Position numbers and translations under genes: made by a program
From: an uncultured delta proteobacterium
Lineage (GTDB): Bacteria; Myxococcota; UBA727; VGSZ01
DNA length: 64,000 nucleotides
Direction of reading: 5' to 3'
Assembly (NCBI GenBank): GCA_963775425.1
Contig: CAVZJB010000004.1
Coordinates: 320,001-384,000, forward strand
The notes under the pieces: model-generated
Told to the model about the DNA's origin: nothing
The model's input: only the letters and a program-made list of their open reading frames with translations
Database searches by the model: none
In this document: piece by piece, positions 18,315-29,222 of the stretch
How positions within the stretch are numbered: position 1 is the first letter of the stretch
How the letters are laid out: each line of letters opens with the position of its first letter

Positions 18315-19952
18315 CTACGGCGCGCCGCCGGGAGATGGCTCGGACGAATGTGCGGGGCTCGCGTCGGAGACGGTCTCGCCCTCTTCGCCGCCGTCCTCTT
18401 CGTCCTCGGGGTGCCACTTGCCGTCGGAGGCGAGGGCGACCCCGATGGTGTTTTGGACCTTCCAGATGGGGCTCACGCCCTTCTTGAAGCCCATCGCCAG
18501 GATGGAGAAGGCGACCACGTCGCCGCTCGGCTGCACCACATAACCGGACAGGGCGCTCACGCCGTGGAGCGTACCCGTCTTGGCCCTCAGCCGTCTCTCC
18601 GCCGGGGTGTCCCGCATGCGGAAGCCGATGGTCCCCTGCGTGCCGGCCACCGCGAGCGACGAGGCGTACTCGGTGCCGGTCTCGAAGTCCCGTGACATGT
18701 ACCCGAGCAGCGTGACAATCTCCCGCGAGGTGAAGCGGTCGACGTCGTTGAGCCCGGAGCCGTTGTCGAACGTGTAGCTGCGGGGCTTGAAGCCGACCTT
18801 GGTCTCGAGGAAGCGGTGCGCGACCGCGAGGCCGTTTTCGAACGTGCCCGGCGTGCCCATCACCTCCGCGCCCATCGCCTTGATCAGGGTCTCCGCCATG
18901 ATGTTGTTGGAGTAGTGATTCATGTTCGCCACCACCTCGGTGAGCCGCGGCGAACGATCGACGAGGATCAGGCGCGCGCCGTCGGGGACGTGGCCCTCGA
19001 TGACGGAGTGGCGCATGTGCACCCCGCGTTGCTGCAGGAAGTACGTGAGGACGCTGCCGAAGTGCTTGAGCGGAGAGTAGACGCGCCGGTACATCCGGAA
19101 CGGGCTCTGGCGCATGCCCACGGTGCCCTCGACGGTGAGGGCGGTGATGTCCTTGCCGTCCTCGCTCTTGTCCTTCTGGGAGACCACGCGGACGCCGCGG
19201 CCGAAGCGATCGGTGATGACGTCGCCCTTGAGCACCACCTCCTCGCACGGCGGGTCGACGTGCACGATGGCGGGCGCGCCGAGCTCGGTGCCCGGGCGCA
19301 CGTAGATGGCGGTGGCGTTGTAGTTGACCTCGAGCGCGCTGACGGGCGCCGCGTACGCGCGATCGGGGGACTCCTCGAGCTCCCAGCCGCGCGCCTCTTC
19401 GTTGTCGTCGAAGTAGCTGCCGTCGACGATGACGCTGCCGGTGATGCGCTCGACGCCGAACAGGTAGAGCTCGTTGGCGACGCGCATGAGGCGCTCCGAC
19501 ACGATGCTCGGATCGCCGTAGCCCTTGACGACGAGGTTGCCGTGGAGCGTGCCGTCGCGCAGCACGCCCTGCACGTAGTACTCGGTCTTGAAGCGGAATT
19601 CGGGGTGGAGCGCGTCGAGCGCCGCGGCGGACGTGATGAGCTTGGCGTTGGACGCGGGGTTCACGAGCGTGTCGCCGCCGTGCTCCGCGAGCACCTTGCC
19701 GTCCTTCAAGCGCTGCGCCACGAAGCTGAGGTCGGCGCCGTCGAGCGCGGCGTCGTTGATGGCGGTGACGAGCTGTTCCTTCAGGTGCGCGTCGAGGCCG
19801 GCCGTGGTGGTGAGCACGCGCGGCGCCGGCCGCTGCTCCGGCTCCTCCACCTTGGCGGCGCGCACGTCGCTCCTGGCGGCCCGGTGGGGGCCGGCGAGGG
19901 CCGGCGTCGCGAGCACGAGCGCGACGGAAATGACTCGAGAGAGGTTCGCCAC
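18315..19952 (-). CDS. dacB: D-alanyl-D-alanine carboxypeptidase/endopeptidase (PBP4, peptidase S13)
   Basis: PASNAK (SxxK), G.GDP, SNN (SxN), GSGL, AKTGTL (KTG); GTG start with GGAGG RBS estimated. Confidence 0.92.
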   Translation of the reverse strand: MANLSRVISVALVLATPALAGPHRAARSDVRAAKVEEPEQRPAPRVLTTTAGLDAHLKEQLVTAINDAALDGADLSFVAQRLKDGKVLAEHGGDTLVNPASNAKLITSAAALDALHPEFRFKTEYYVQGVLRDGTLHGNLVVKGYGDPSIVSERLMRVANELYLFGVERITGSVIVDGSYFDDNEEARGWELEESPDRAYAAPVSALEVNYNATAIYVRPGTELGAPAIVHVDPPCEEVVLKGDVITDRFGRGVRVVSQKDKSEDGKDITALTVEGTVGMRQSPFRMYRRVYSPLKHFGSVLTYFLQQRGVHMRHSVIEGHVPDGARLILVDRSPRLTEVVANMNHYSNNIMAETLIKAMGAEVMGTPGTFENGLAVAHRFLETKVGFKPRSYTFDNGSGLNDVDRFTSREIVTLLGYMSRDFETGTEYASSLAVAGTQGTIGFRMRDTPAERRLRAKTGTLHGVSALSGYVVQPSGDVVAFSILAMGFKKGVSPIWKVQNTIGVALASDGKWHPEDEEDGGEEGETVSDASPAHSSEPSPGGAP

Positions 19953-20025
19953 CGCTTCGACTCCTCCTGCAATCAACTGCCGCGCGGCCGCCGCGCGCAC
20001 ATCGGGCCAGGACTGCATGTTATCG

Positions 20026-21573
20026 ATGAACCGCTTGCGCGCGTCGACTTTGAGCATTGGTGTCGCACTCCTACACGCAACCACTCTGATGTTGTGTGCA
20101 TGTACGCGACCTCTCCCACCGAAGGACACCTTGCGCCTCGCGGTGTCGAGCGCCCCGGAGGCGCTCGACCCACGCTTCACGACGTCGGCGGTGGCGACAC
20201 GTCTGGCCGCGCTCGTCGCCGCGCCGCTGTTCGTCATCGGCGACGACCTGCGGCCCACGCCGCTGCTCGCCGCCTCCGCGGATCACCCGGACCCGCTCAC
20301 ATGGATCGTAAAGCTCAAGCCGGGCGCGCGATTCCACGACGGAGCGCCGCTCACCGCGCGCGACGTCGTGTGGACGTTTTCGTCGATGAAGGATCCGGCC
20401 GTCGGCTCCCCCCACGCCGCCAAGCTCCAGCACGTGACCGGCGTGGTGGCCGAGGACGAGCTCACGGTCCGTTTCGTCCTCGACGCACCGTACCCGCCGC
20501 TCCTGGTCGATATGAACGCGTACGGAATCCTCGAGGAGCGCGCGTGCGCGCGCGCCCCGGACGCCTGCCGCGACGCCCCGATGGGCGCGGGGCCGTACGC
20601 GGTGTCCCGCGCGCTCGACGAAAACGAGACGCTCGTCCTCGCCGCGGACCCGGGCTGGATCGAGGGCGCGCCCGCCATCGGCGCCGTCGAGGTGCGCGTG
20701 CTGCGCGACAACACCACGCGCCTGCTCGAGCTGCAGGACGCACGCATCGACCTCGTGGTCTCCGATCTGCTGCCCACCGACATTGACGTGCTCCAGGAGA
20801 CCCCCGGGATCGCCGTCGACCGCGCCCGCGGGCTCGGCTTTTCGTACCTCGCGTTCAACGTGCGCCCGGCCGCCGCCGGCCGGCCCGCTCCGCTCGCGGA
20901 CCCCGGGGTGCGGCGCGCGCTCGCCGAGGCCCTCGACGTCGACCGGGTCATCCGCACCAAGCTGCGCGGCCGCGCCGTCCGCGCGACGGGCCTCCTGCCC
21001 GACGGACACTGGGCGAAGGACCCGGCGGCGCAGCCCGTCCCGTTCGATCCCGAGGGCGCGCGCAAGGCGCTCGCCGGCCGGCACCTGCACGTGACGCTCG
21101 CGACGAGCACGGATTGGCTGCGCGCGAGCATCGCGCAGATCTTCGCGGCGCAGTGGCGAGACGCCGGCGTCGACGTCGACATCGAGGTGCGCGACTGGTC
21201 GGCGCTGTATCAGGACATCCAGAAGGGCGCCTTCGACGCGTTCTCGGCCAAGTGGGTGCCCGTGCTCGAGCCGGACCTGATGCACTGGGTCTACGCGTCC
21301 GCCAGCATCCCCCGACCCGGGCGCGCCGGCGGCAACCGCGGCGGCTACGCCGACGCCGACGTCGACGGCTGGCTCGACGCCGCCGAGACCGCCGACGACC
21401 CCGCGGCGCGCGCGGCGCTCTACGTGCAGGCGCAGCGGCGCGTGGCGCGCGACCTCCCGGTGGTGCCGCTGTGGTTCGAGGACGAGGTGGCGGCGCGCTC
21501 CACGCGCCTGCACGACTTCCGCCTCACGCGCACCGTGTCGCTCCTGCCGCTGGCGCAGGCGAGGCTCGAGTGA
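20026..21573 (+). CDS. Peptide/nickel-type ABC transporter substrate-binding lipoprotein (family 5)
   Basis: Lipobox-like LCAC, LDP, FHDG.PLTA.DV, G.GPY, VRRALA.A.D, P.VPL. Confidence 0.9.
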   Translation: MNRLRASTLSIGVALLHATTLMLCACTRPLPPKDTLRLAVSSAPEALDPRFTTSAVATRLAALVAAPLFVIGDDLRPTPLLAASADHPDPLTWIVKLKPGARFHDGAPLTARDVVWTFSSMKDPAVGSPHAAKLQHVTGVVAEDELTVRFVLDAPYPPLLVDMNAYGILEERACARAPDACRDAPMGAGPYAVSRALDENETLVLAADPGWIEGAPAIGAVEVRVLRDNTTRLLELQDARIDLVVSDLLPTDIDVLQETPGIAVDRARGLGFSYLAFNVRPAAAGRPAPLADPGVRRALAEALDVDRVIRTKLRGRAVRATGLLPDGHWAKDPAAQPVPFDPEGARKALAGRHLHVTLATSTDWLRASIAQIFAAQWRDAGVDVDIEVRDWSALYQDIQKGAFDAFSAKWVPVLEPDLMHWVYASASIPRPGRAGGNRGGYADADVDGWLDAAETADDPAARAALYVQAQRRVARDLPVVPLWFEDEVAARSTRLHDFRLTRTVSLLPLAQARLE

Positions 21574-21607
21574 CCCCGGGCGGCCCATCCGCCGGCGAGG
21601 CATCGAG

Positions 21608-22663
21608 GTGATCGACGTCGTCACGATCGCGGTGGTCGCCGGCGTCATCACCGCCTCGGCGTTCGCGGGCGATCGCACCCTGCCCCGGCGCGCGCTCGCC
21701 GTGCTCGCGGTGATGCTCGGCACGATGGTGCTCGTGAGCGCGCTGCTCCGGGCCGTCCCCGGCGATCCCGTCGAGAGCATCCTCGGCGAGCAGGCGCCGC
21801 CGGAGTCCCGCGCGGCGCTCGCCCGCGAGCTCGGACTCGTCGACGGCGACGGCGAGCCGGTGGGGCTCGTCGCACAGGTGGGCGGCTTCGTGCGCGGCGC
21901 CGCCAGCTCCTTCGTCCTCGCGGTGACGCCGCCGGGCTGGCGCGACGGCGTCGGCGCGCACCTGGCACCCGAGCCGCGCTCCTTTCGCACCCGGCGACCG
22001 GTGCGCGAGGTGATCGCCGCGCGCCTCGGCAACACGGTCAAGCTCGCCGCCGCCGCGCTCGTCGTCGCGCTCGCGTGCGGCATCGGCCTCGGCACGCTCG
22101 CCGCCTGGCGACGCGGGCGCGTCATCGGCTCGCTCGCCGAGGCGTTCGCCCTCGCCGGCGTCGCCGTGCCGCGCTTCTGGCTCGCGCCGCTCCTCATCCT
22201 CGTGTTCTCGCTCAAGCTGCGCCTCGTGCCGCCGAGCGGCGCCGACGAGGGCCTGCGCTCGCTGGTGCTCCCCGCCCTCTCCCTCGGCACGGCCATGGCC
22301 GCGTTGCTCGCGCGCATGACGCGCAGCTCCCTCCTCGAGACGCTCTCCGCCGATCACGTTCGCACCGCGCGCGCCAAGGGGCTCAGCGAGGCCGCCGTCG
22401 TCGGAAAGCACGCGCTGCGCAGCGCCATGGTCCCCGTGGTCACCGTCATCGGCCTGCAGATGGGCGGCCTCCTCGCCGGCGCCGTGATCACGGAGAAGGT
22501 CTTCGCGTGGCCGGGCATCGGGCTCTTGATGATCGAGAGCATCCACAAGCTCGACGTGCCCGTGGTGCAAGGCGTCGTCCTCGTCACCGCCTGCGGCACC
22601 GCCGTCGCCACGCTCGCCGCCGACGCCGCCGTGCGCCTGCTCGATCCGCGCTTGCGCGCCTGA
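21608..22663 (+). CDS. ABC transporter permease (DppB/OppB-like)
   Basis: PGDP, LVLPA..L, RTARAKGL EAA loop, GAVITE.VFAWPGIG. Confidence 0.92.
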   Translation: MIDVVTIAVVAGVITASAFAGDRTLPRRALAVLAVMLGTMVLVSALLRAVPGDPVESILGEQAPPESRAALARELGLVDGDGEPVGLVAQVGGFVRGAASSFVLAVTPPGWRDGVGAHLAPEPRSFRTRRPVREVIAARLGNTVKLAAAALVVALACGIGLGTLAAWRRGRVIGSLAEAFALAGVAVPRFWLAPLLILVFSLKLRLVPPSGADEGLRSLVLPALSLGTAMAALLARMTRSSLLETLSADHVRTARAKGLSEAAVVGKHALRSAMVPVVTVIGLQMGGLLAGAVITEKVFAWPGIGLLMIESIHKLDVPVVQGVVLVTACGTAVATLAADAAVRLLDPRLRA

Positions 22664-22714
22664 GGCCGGCCCGCCGCCGACACGCGGCCGGCGCTCGATG
22701 ATATCGACGTCCTC

Positions 22715-23547
22715 GTGCCCCTCGCGCGCCGCCCCCGCATCCGCACCGTGCTCGCGCTCGCCTGCGTCGCCGCCGCCGTCCTCGTCGCCATCTTCGGGCC
22801 GGCGATCGTCGGACCCGCGGGGCTCGGGCTCGATCTCGAGCACGACCTCGCGCCGCCGTCCGTCGTCGGACGCCTCGGCCGCGCGGACAACGGCGTCGAT
22901 CTGTTGACCGTGCTCGTCTACGGCGCGCGCACGTCGCTGGCGGTGTCGGTGACGGCCACCGCGGTGTCGCTGTTCATCGGCGTCGTCGTCGGCGGCGCCG
23001 CCGCCGTCGCGGGCGGCCGGACCGAGGCGCTGATCGTCCGCGTGCTCGACGTGCTGCTCGCGTTCCCCGGCATCCTCCTCGCCGTGTACCTCGCGGCGGT
23101 GCTGCCGCCGTCGCCGGTCACCGTCGTCGTCGCGCTGTCGGCCACGGGCTGGGTCGGCTTCGCGCGCGTGGCCCGGACGTCGGTGCAGGCGGTGCTCGCC
23201 CGCGAGCACGTGACGGCCGCGCGCGCGCTCGGCGCGGGGCCGTCGCGCGTGCTCGTGCGCCACGTGCTGCCGCTGGCCGTGACGCCCGTGCTCGTGCAGG
23301 CGAGCTTCGGCCTGTCGACGGCCGTGCTCGCCGAGGCGTCGCTGTCGTTCCTCGGCCTCGGGGCGCCGCCGGGCACGCCCTCATGGGGCGCGCTCCTCGA
23401 TCAAGGCGTGGCGTACCTGGCGGTGGCGCCCCACATCGCCGTCGCGCCGGGAATGTGCATCGCGGCGCTGGTGCTGTCGTTCAACGTGCTCGGCGACTCC
23501 TTGTGCGACACGCTCGATGTAACCTCGACCGCGAAGGACAGGGCACC

Positions 23548-23551
<4 letters not shown>
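22715..23551 (+). CDS. ABC transporter permease (DppC/OppC-like)
   Basis: G.D..G.D, YGARTSL, AARALGA, EASLSFLGLG...PSWG, FN.LGD. Confidence 0.92.
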
Positions 23552-24693
<1,142 letters not shown>

Positions 24694-24768
24694 CGGGCGC
24701 GCACAGGCCGGCGCCGACAACGACGCACAGCTTTGTGCGCCCATGGGAGTTCGGGTTAGCGTGCCCGC

Positions 24769-25488
24769 ATGGACGACAAGGTGCGCGAAGCGCTCGCCAC
24801 GGGGCGCGAGCTCTACCGGCAGAAAGAGTACGTGCGCGCGGAGCCGTATCTCGCGCAGGTCGCGGCGGCGAGCGTGCCCTACGCCGACGTCTACAACATG
24901 CTCGGCGTCGTCTACCACGACGTCGGGCAGTTCTCGCGCGCGCAGCAGTGCTTCGAAGAGGCGCTCAAGATCAACCCCGCCTACACCGAGGCCTCGCTGA
25001 ACCTCGCCGTCACCTACAACGACATGGGCCGCTACGCCGAGGCCAAGGACCTCTACCTCGGCGCGCTCACCTCATCGACGCGTCCGGGCGGCAAGCTCGA
25101 CAGCTTCGTCATGGGCAAGCTCGCCAACATGTACGCCGACATCGCCGAGGTCTACGCGTCCTCGGGCGCCTTCGACGAGGCGATCGCGGAGTACCGGCGC
25201 GCCCTCGCCCTGCGGCCCACGTTCATCGACATCCGGCTCCGGCTGGCGGAGTCGCTCCGCGACGCGGGACGGCCGCAGGACGCGCTGCGGGAGCTCAAGG
25301 CCATCCTCGCGCAGAGCCCCGACTTCATGCCGGCCCGCATCCACCACGGCCTCACGCTGTTCTCCACGGGGGACAGCCCGGGGGCCATCAAGGAGCTCGA
25401 GGCCATCCTCACCGACCACCCCGACAATTCCCGCGCCAAGCTGTACGTGGAGATGATCAAGCAGCACGCCGCGCGGACGAAAACTTGA
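24769..25488 (+). CDS. Tetratricopeptide repeat protein
   Basis: Repeated TPR consensus (LG..Y...G....A...F..AL.INP). Confidence 0.88.
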   Translation: MDDKVREALATGRELYRQKEYVRAEPYLAQVAAASVPYADVYNMLGVVYHDVGQFSRAQQCFEEALKINPAYTEASLNLAVTYNDMGRYAEAKDLYLGALTSSTRPGGKLDSFVMGKLANMYADIAEVYASSGAFDEAIAEYRRALALRPTFIDIRLRLAESLRDAGRPQDALRELKAILAQSPDFMPARIHHGLTLFSTGDSPGAIKELEAILTDHPDNSRAKLYVEMIKQHAARTKT

Positions 25489-25521
25489 TGCCGACATGCA
25501 AGGTTGCGGAGACTTTCCCTC

Positions 25522-26454
25522 GTGAGTGATCAGCCGAGCGGCTTTGCGCTGCGCTTCATCTCCGGCAAGTACCAGGGCGGCGAGTACCCCTTGCCGGGGG
25601 AGAAGGAGATCGTCATCGGTCGCGGCGGCGAGCTCGACATCGTCCTGGTCGAGGACATGGTCTCGAGGAAGCACGCCAAGATCAACACGCAGGGCGGCAA
25701 GATCGTCATCCAGGACCTCGGCAGCACCAACGGCACCTTCGTCAACGGCGAGAAGATCAAGCGGGCCCGGTTGAAGGAGGGCGACCGCGTCCTCATCGGG
25801 ACCAGCATCCTCAAGCTCATCTCGGCGGCGGAGGCGAAAAACCAGCTCTCCGGGACGCGCGAGCAGGTGAACGCGACGCTCGAGGCCATCGGGCGCTCGG
25901 GCGCGGGCAAGACCGACGTCACCAAGGGCGAGATCGCGGACCTGCCCCTGCCCGACGTCCTCACCCTCATCTCGTCGAACAAGAAGTCCGGCGTCCTCGA
26001 GGTGCGCGGCGACTCCGACGAGGGCCGCGTCTACTTCAAGGGCGGCCGCATCTTCTACGCCATCCTCAACGACAACGAGGACCTCGGGCCCACCAAGGCG
26101 CTGTTCCGGATGGCCGCCTTCGAGATCGGCAGCTACGAGCTCAAGCCCGCCACGGAAGAAGAGTTCATGCTCGAGCTGGAGGTGCCCACCGACCAGCTCG
26201 TCGCCGACGCCGTGCGCGAGATGAACGAGCTGCGGGCGCTGCAGCCGGAGCTGCCGGAGCTCGAGGACATGCTCATGCTGCCGAAGCCTTTGAAGCCGCC
26301 GCTGTCGAAGCTGCAGACCGACGAGCTCGAGGTCCTGCAGATCGCCATCAACGACGGCTTCTTCCAGGCCATCCTCGACAAGAGCCCCTTCAACGACCTG
26401 AAGACCGCGCAGATCGTGAAGACGCTCATGGATCGCGAATACCTGCGCTCGTGA
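25522..26454 (+). CDS. FHA + DUF4388 domain protein
   Basis: IGR..SRKHA..DLGSTNGTFVNG; G.IADL.LPDVL......KSG.L.V......G.VYF..G DUF4388 motif; GTG start estimated. Confidence 0.88.
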   Translation: MSDQPSGFALRFISGKYQGGEYPLPGEKEIVIGRGGELDIVLVEDMVSRKHAKINTQGGKIVIQDLGSTNGTFVNGEKIKRARLKEGDRVLIGTSILKLISAAEAKNQLSGTREQVNATLEAIGRSGAGKTDVTKGEIADLPLPDVLTLISSNKKSGVLEVRGDSDEGRVYFKGGRIFYAILNDNEDLGPTKALFRMAAFEIGSYELKPATEEEFMLELEVPTDQLVADAVREMNELRALQPELPELEDMLMLPKPLKPPLSKLQTDELEVLQIAINDGFFQAILDKSPFNDLKTAQIVKTLMDREYLRS

Positions 26455-26544
26455 GCGCTCTGATCGCCGGTCCCCGATGGTAGGTGCATGTAGGGCCCGA
26501 AGTCTGGCGACGTCGATTCCGGGCCCCTATGATCGCGGCTGCCG

Positions 26545-28344
26545 ATGGTGACGCCGAAGAAGCGCAAGAGCCCGGACCCGAATGCGCTCTTCGACGACGA
26601 GCGCGACGGTGGCCCTGTCGCCGCCGCCGACGACGACGACGACGAGCCCGAGAGCAACGCGGAGACGGTCGCGCTGCCGCCCAACATCGGCTTCGAGGCG
26701 AAGCTCGTCGTCGAGAAGGGGCCCCACGCGGGGACGGTGCTGAAGCTCGGGGGCGGCACCGCCACCATCGGGCGCTCGAGCAAGTGCGAGCTGCCGCTCA
26801 AGGCGAGCTCGGGCGTGTCGCGCCGCCACTGCAAGGTCCAGCTCGTGGGCGTGCGCTACGCGGTCATCGACCTCGAGAGCCGCAACGGGACCATCGTCAA
26901 CGGCGAGGTGTTCGAGCGAAAAATCCTCGACGACGGCGACGTCATCGAGGTCGGCGACGAGCACATCCGCTTCGTGACGAAGCCGCGCCCGGTAGGGCTC
27001 CCCGCCGACGAGGTCAATGATCGCGACACGGTGCTGCACGAGCCGCCGCCCCTGCCCGGCCGCGCGCCCCCGCCGCTCGAAAAGAGCGGCCAGCGCACGT
27101 CGCCGCGCAGAGAGTCGCCGCCCTTGGACGCCCCCGGGCTGCCCGTGCGCCCACCGGTGCGGCCCGACGCCACGCAGTCGTACTTCTACGACCCCGCCGT
27201 GGTCGCGCAGGCGGAGCTCAGCGATCCGTTGGCGCCCGCGCCGCCCCCGGAGCGCTCGACGTCGCAGCGCGCGGCGCCCCCCGAGCGCTCGACGTCACAG
27301 CGCGTGGCGACCCTGGAACGCTCGCGCTCCGATCGCGTGGCGCCGCCGCCCCGCGGCGGCTTCGGCGCGATGCACGTGCTCGTCATCCTCGCGGTCATCG
27401 TCGTCGCGGCGCTCGTGGCCGCCGCCTACGACATCGCGTTCGGCGACCAGCTCCTGCTCGCGCTGCTGCGGGGCAAGAGCCCCGTCGCCATCCTCGACGA
27501 CGTGCTCGACGGCCACGCCGCGCCCTCGGGCGCGACGCCGCCTCGGTCGCACGACGCGGCGCTCGTCGTCGACGCCGGCGCCGAGCGCGCAGGCGGACCG
27601 GCGGACGCGGGGGCGGCCGGCGGTGACACGCCACAGGGCGACACCGGACAGGGCGACACGGGACAGGGCGACACGGGACAGGGCGACACGGGACAGGGCG
27701 ACACCGCACAGGGCGACACGGGACAGGGCGACACCGCAAAGAGCGACGCCGCACGGGGCGACGCCGCACGGGGCGACGCCGGACGGGGCGACGCCGGACG
27801 GGGCGACGCCGGACGGGGCGACACGGGACGGGGCGACACGGGGCGGGGCGACACGGGGCGGGGCGACACGGGGCGGGGCGACACCGGACGGGGCGACACC
27901 GGACGGGGCGACACCGGACGGGGCGACACCGCGCAGGGCGACACCGCAAAGGGCGACACCGGCGGCGACACCGGCGACACCGGCGACGGTGGCGACAGCA
28001 ACGCGGCCGGGATCGCTGCGTCCGCGGGCGGGCGGGTCGCGAGCGTCAAGGTGCGGGTCGGCCAGACCGTGAAGGCCGGCGCCGTCGTCGCGCTCCTCGA
28101 AGGGTCGGCGCCCCACAAAAAGCTCGAGGCGTTGCGCGAGGAGGAGCGCGCCTTCGAAGGCGCCGCCAAGGACAACCCCGCAGCGCGCCGCGACCTCGCC
28201 ACCGTGCGCGCCGACATCGCCGCCATCGAGCGTCACGCGCGCCCCACGCCGCTGCTGAGCGACAAGAGCGGCGTCGTCAGCGAGGTGCTCGTCAAGCCGG
28301 GCGACGTCGTGAAGCCCGGCGACGTGCTCGCGAAGATCCAATAG
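26545..28344 (+). CDS. FHA - TM - pentapeptide repeat - lipoyl/alpha-hairpin (membrane-fusion-protein-like) protein
   Basis: IGR..SRRH..DLESRNGT; one TM; GDTG(Q/R) array; G.V..V.V..G..V..G half-lipoyl motifs flanking a helical segment. Confidence 0.8.
   Translation: MVTPKKRKSPDPNALFDDERDGGPVAAADDDDDEPESNAETVALPPNIGFEAKLVVEKGPHAGTVLKLGGGTATIGRSSKCELPLKASSGVSRRHCKVQLVGVRYAVIDLESRNGTIVNGEVFERKILDDGDVIEVGDEHIRFVTKPRPVGLPADEVNDRDTVLHEPPPLPGRAPPPLEKSGQRTSPRRESPPLDAPGLPVRPPVRPDATQSYFYDPAVVAQAELSDPLAPAPPPERSTSQRAAPPERSTSQRVATLERSRSDRVAPPPRGGFGAMHVLVILAVIVVAALVAAAYDIAFGDQLLLALLRGKSPVAILDDVLDGHAAPSGATPPRSHDAALVVDAGAERAGGPADAGAAGGDTPQGDTGQGDTGQGDTGQGDTGQGDTAQGDTGQGDTAKSDAARGDAARGDAGRGDAGRGDAGRGDTGRGDTGRGDTGRGDTGRGDTGRGDTGRGDTGRGDTAQGDTAKGDTGGDTGDTGDGGDSNAAGIAASAGGRVASVKVRVGQTVKAGAVVALLEGSAPHKKLEALREEERAFEGAAKDNPAARRDLATVRADIAAIERHARPTPLLSDKSGVVSEVLVKPGDVVKPGDVLAKIQ
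27622..27966 (+). repeat. In-frame 15-bp tandem repeat, about 23 units (GDTG[QR]-like)
   Basis: ggcgacac(c/g)ggac(a/g)g units read directly; 12 consecutive RGD tripeptides. Confidence 0.95.
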
Positions 28345-28369
28345 GCGCGGGCAACGCGACCGGCGCGAC

Positions 28370-29218
28370 TCAATCGAGGCGGAACTGACGGGCGTCGGCG
28401 GCGATGCTCCCGCGCTCGGCGTCGTCGATGGTCGCTTTGACGGTGGGCTCTTCGAGGTCGCGGCCGGGCACCTGGAGCCAGCGCGTGCCGTCCCAGACCT
28501 CACCGCCCGCGTAGCTCGCCTTGTAGCTCATGGTCTTGGAGCCGGCGACGAGGTAGCCGAGGTAGTAGTACTGCTTGCCCCACTTCTTGCAGAGCTCGAT
28601 CTCGTAGAGGGCCGAGTAGACGCCCAGGGAGAGATCGCGCAGCGCGGGGTCCCAATAGAAATAGACCGTGGAGATGCCGGTGGGCACGACGTCGATGATG
28701 CCGACGGCGGCGAGGTCGCCCTTGTCGTTGCGCCAGGCCAGCTCCCAGGTGTCGGCGACGGTCTCGCACAGGAAGCGCTCGTAGCTCTCCTCGTCGGCCG
28801 TCTGGCCGTCGGCGCCGTGCTGGCCGGCCTGGTAGCGGGCGTAGAGCGTCAGGTGCTCGAGGTCGCTCACGGGGCGGCCGACGTCGACGGTGAACAGCCC
28901 TTCGCACCGCTTCTGCACGCGCCTTTGCGAGCGCGAAGGCACGAAGCGCTCGACGTCGACGCGGAAGGGCTGACAGCGGCGGCAGCCGGGGCACAGCGGG
29001 CGGTACACGAGCGAGCCCGAGCGGCGCATGCCGAGGTGCATGGCGCTCTCGTACTCGGCCGGCTCCAGGGCGGTCCCCGGCAGCGCGAAGGCGGTGCGGT
29101 TGTGGCGCCCGTCCTTGTAGTAGGGGCATTCGCCGTCGACGACGACGAGCGGACCGAGCGACCGCAGCGACGAGGGCGGCGGGATGACGCGCGGTTTCTG
29201 GCTCGGCTGCCTGGTCAC
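28370..29218 (-). CDS. Arginyl-tRNA--protein transferase / Bpt-type aminoacyl transferase (ATE family)
   Basis: C.Y, G.RRSG...YRP.C..C..C, S.VYFYWDP....SLG.YS, YYYLGY......MSYK. Confidence 0.9.
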   Translation of the reverse strand: MTRQPSQKPRVIPPPSSLRSLGPLVVVDGECPYYKDGRHNRTAFALPGTALEPAEYESAMHLGMRRSGSLVYRPLCPGCRRCQPFRVDVERFVPSRSQRRVQKRCEGLFTVDVGRPVSDLEHLTLYARYQAGQHGADGQTADEESYERFLCETVADTWELAWRNDKGDLAAVGIIDVVPTGISTVYFYWDPALRDLSLGVYSALYEIELCKKWGKQYYYLGYLVAGSKTMSYKASYAGGEVWDGTRWLQVPGRDLEEPTVKATIDDAERGSIAADARQFRLD

Positions 29219-29222
29219 ACCG

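Noticed and set aside
27622-27966. Tandem array as CRISPR
   Set aside because: No unique spacers, 15-bp in-frame coding units, no cas genes.
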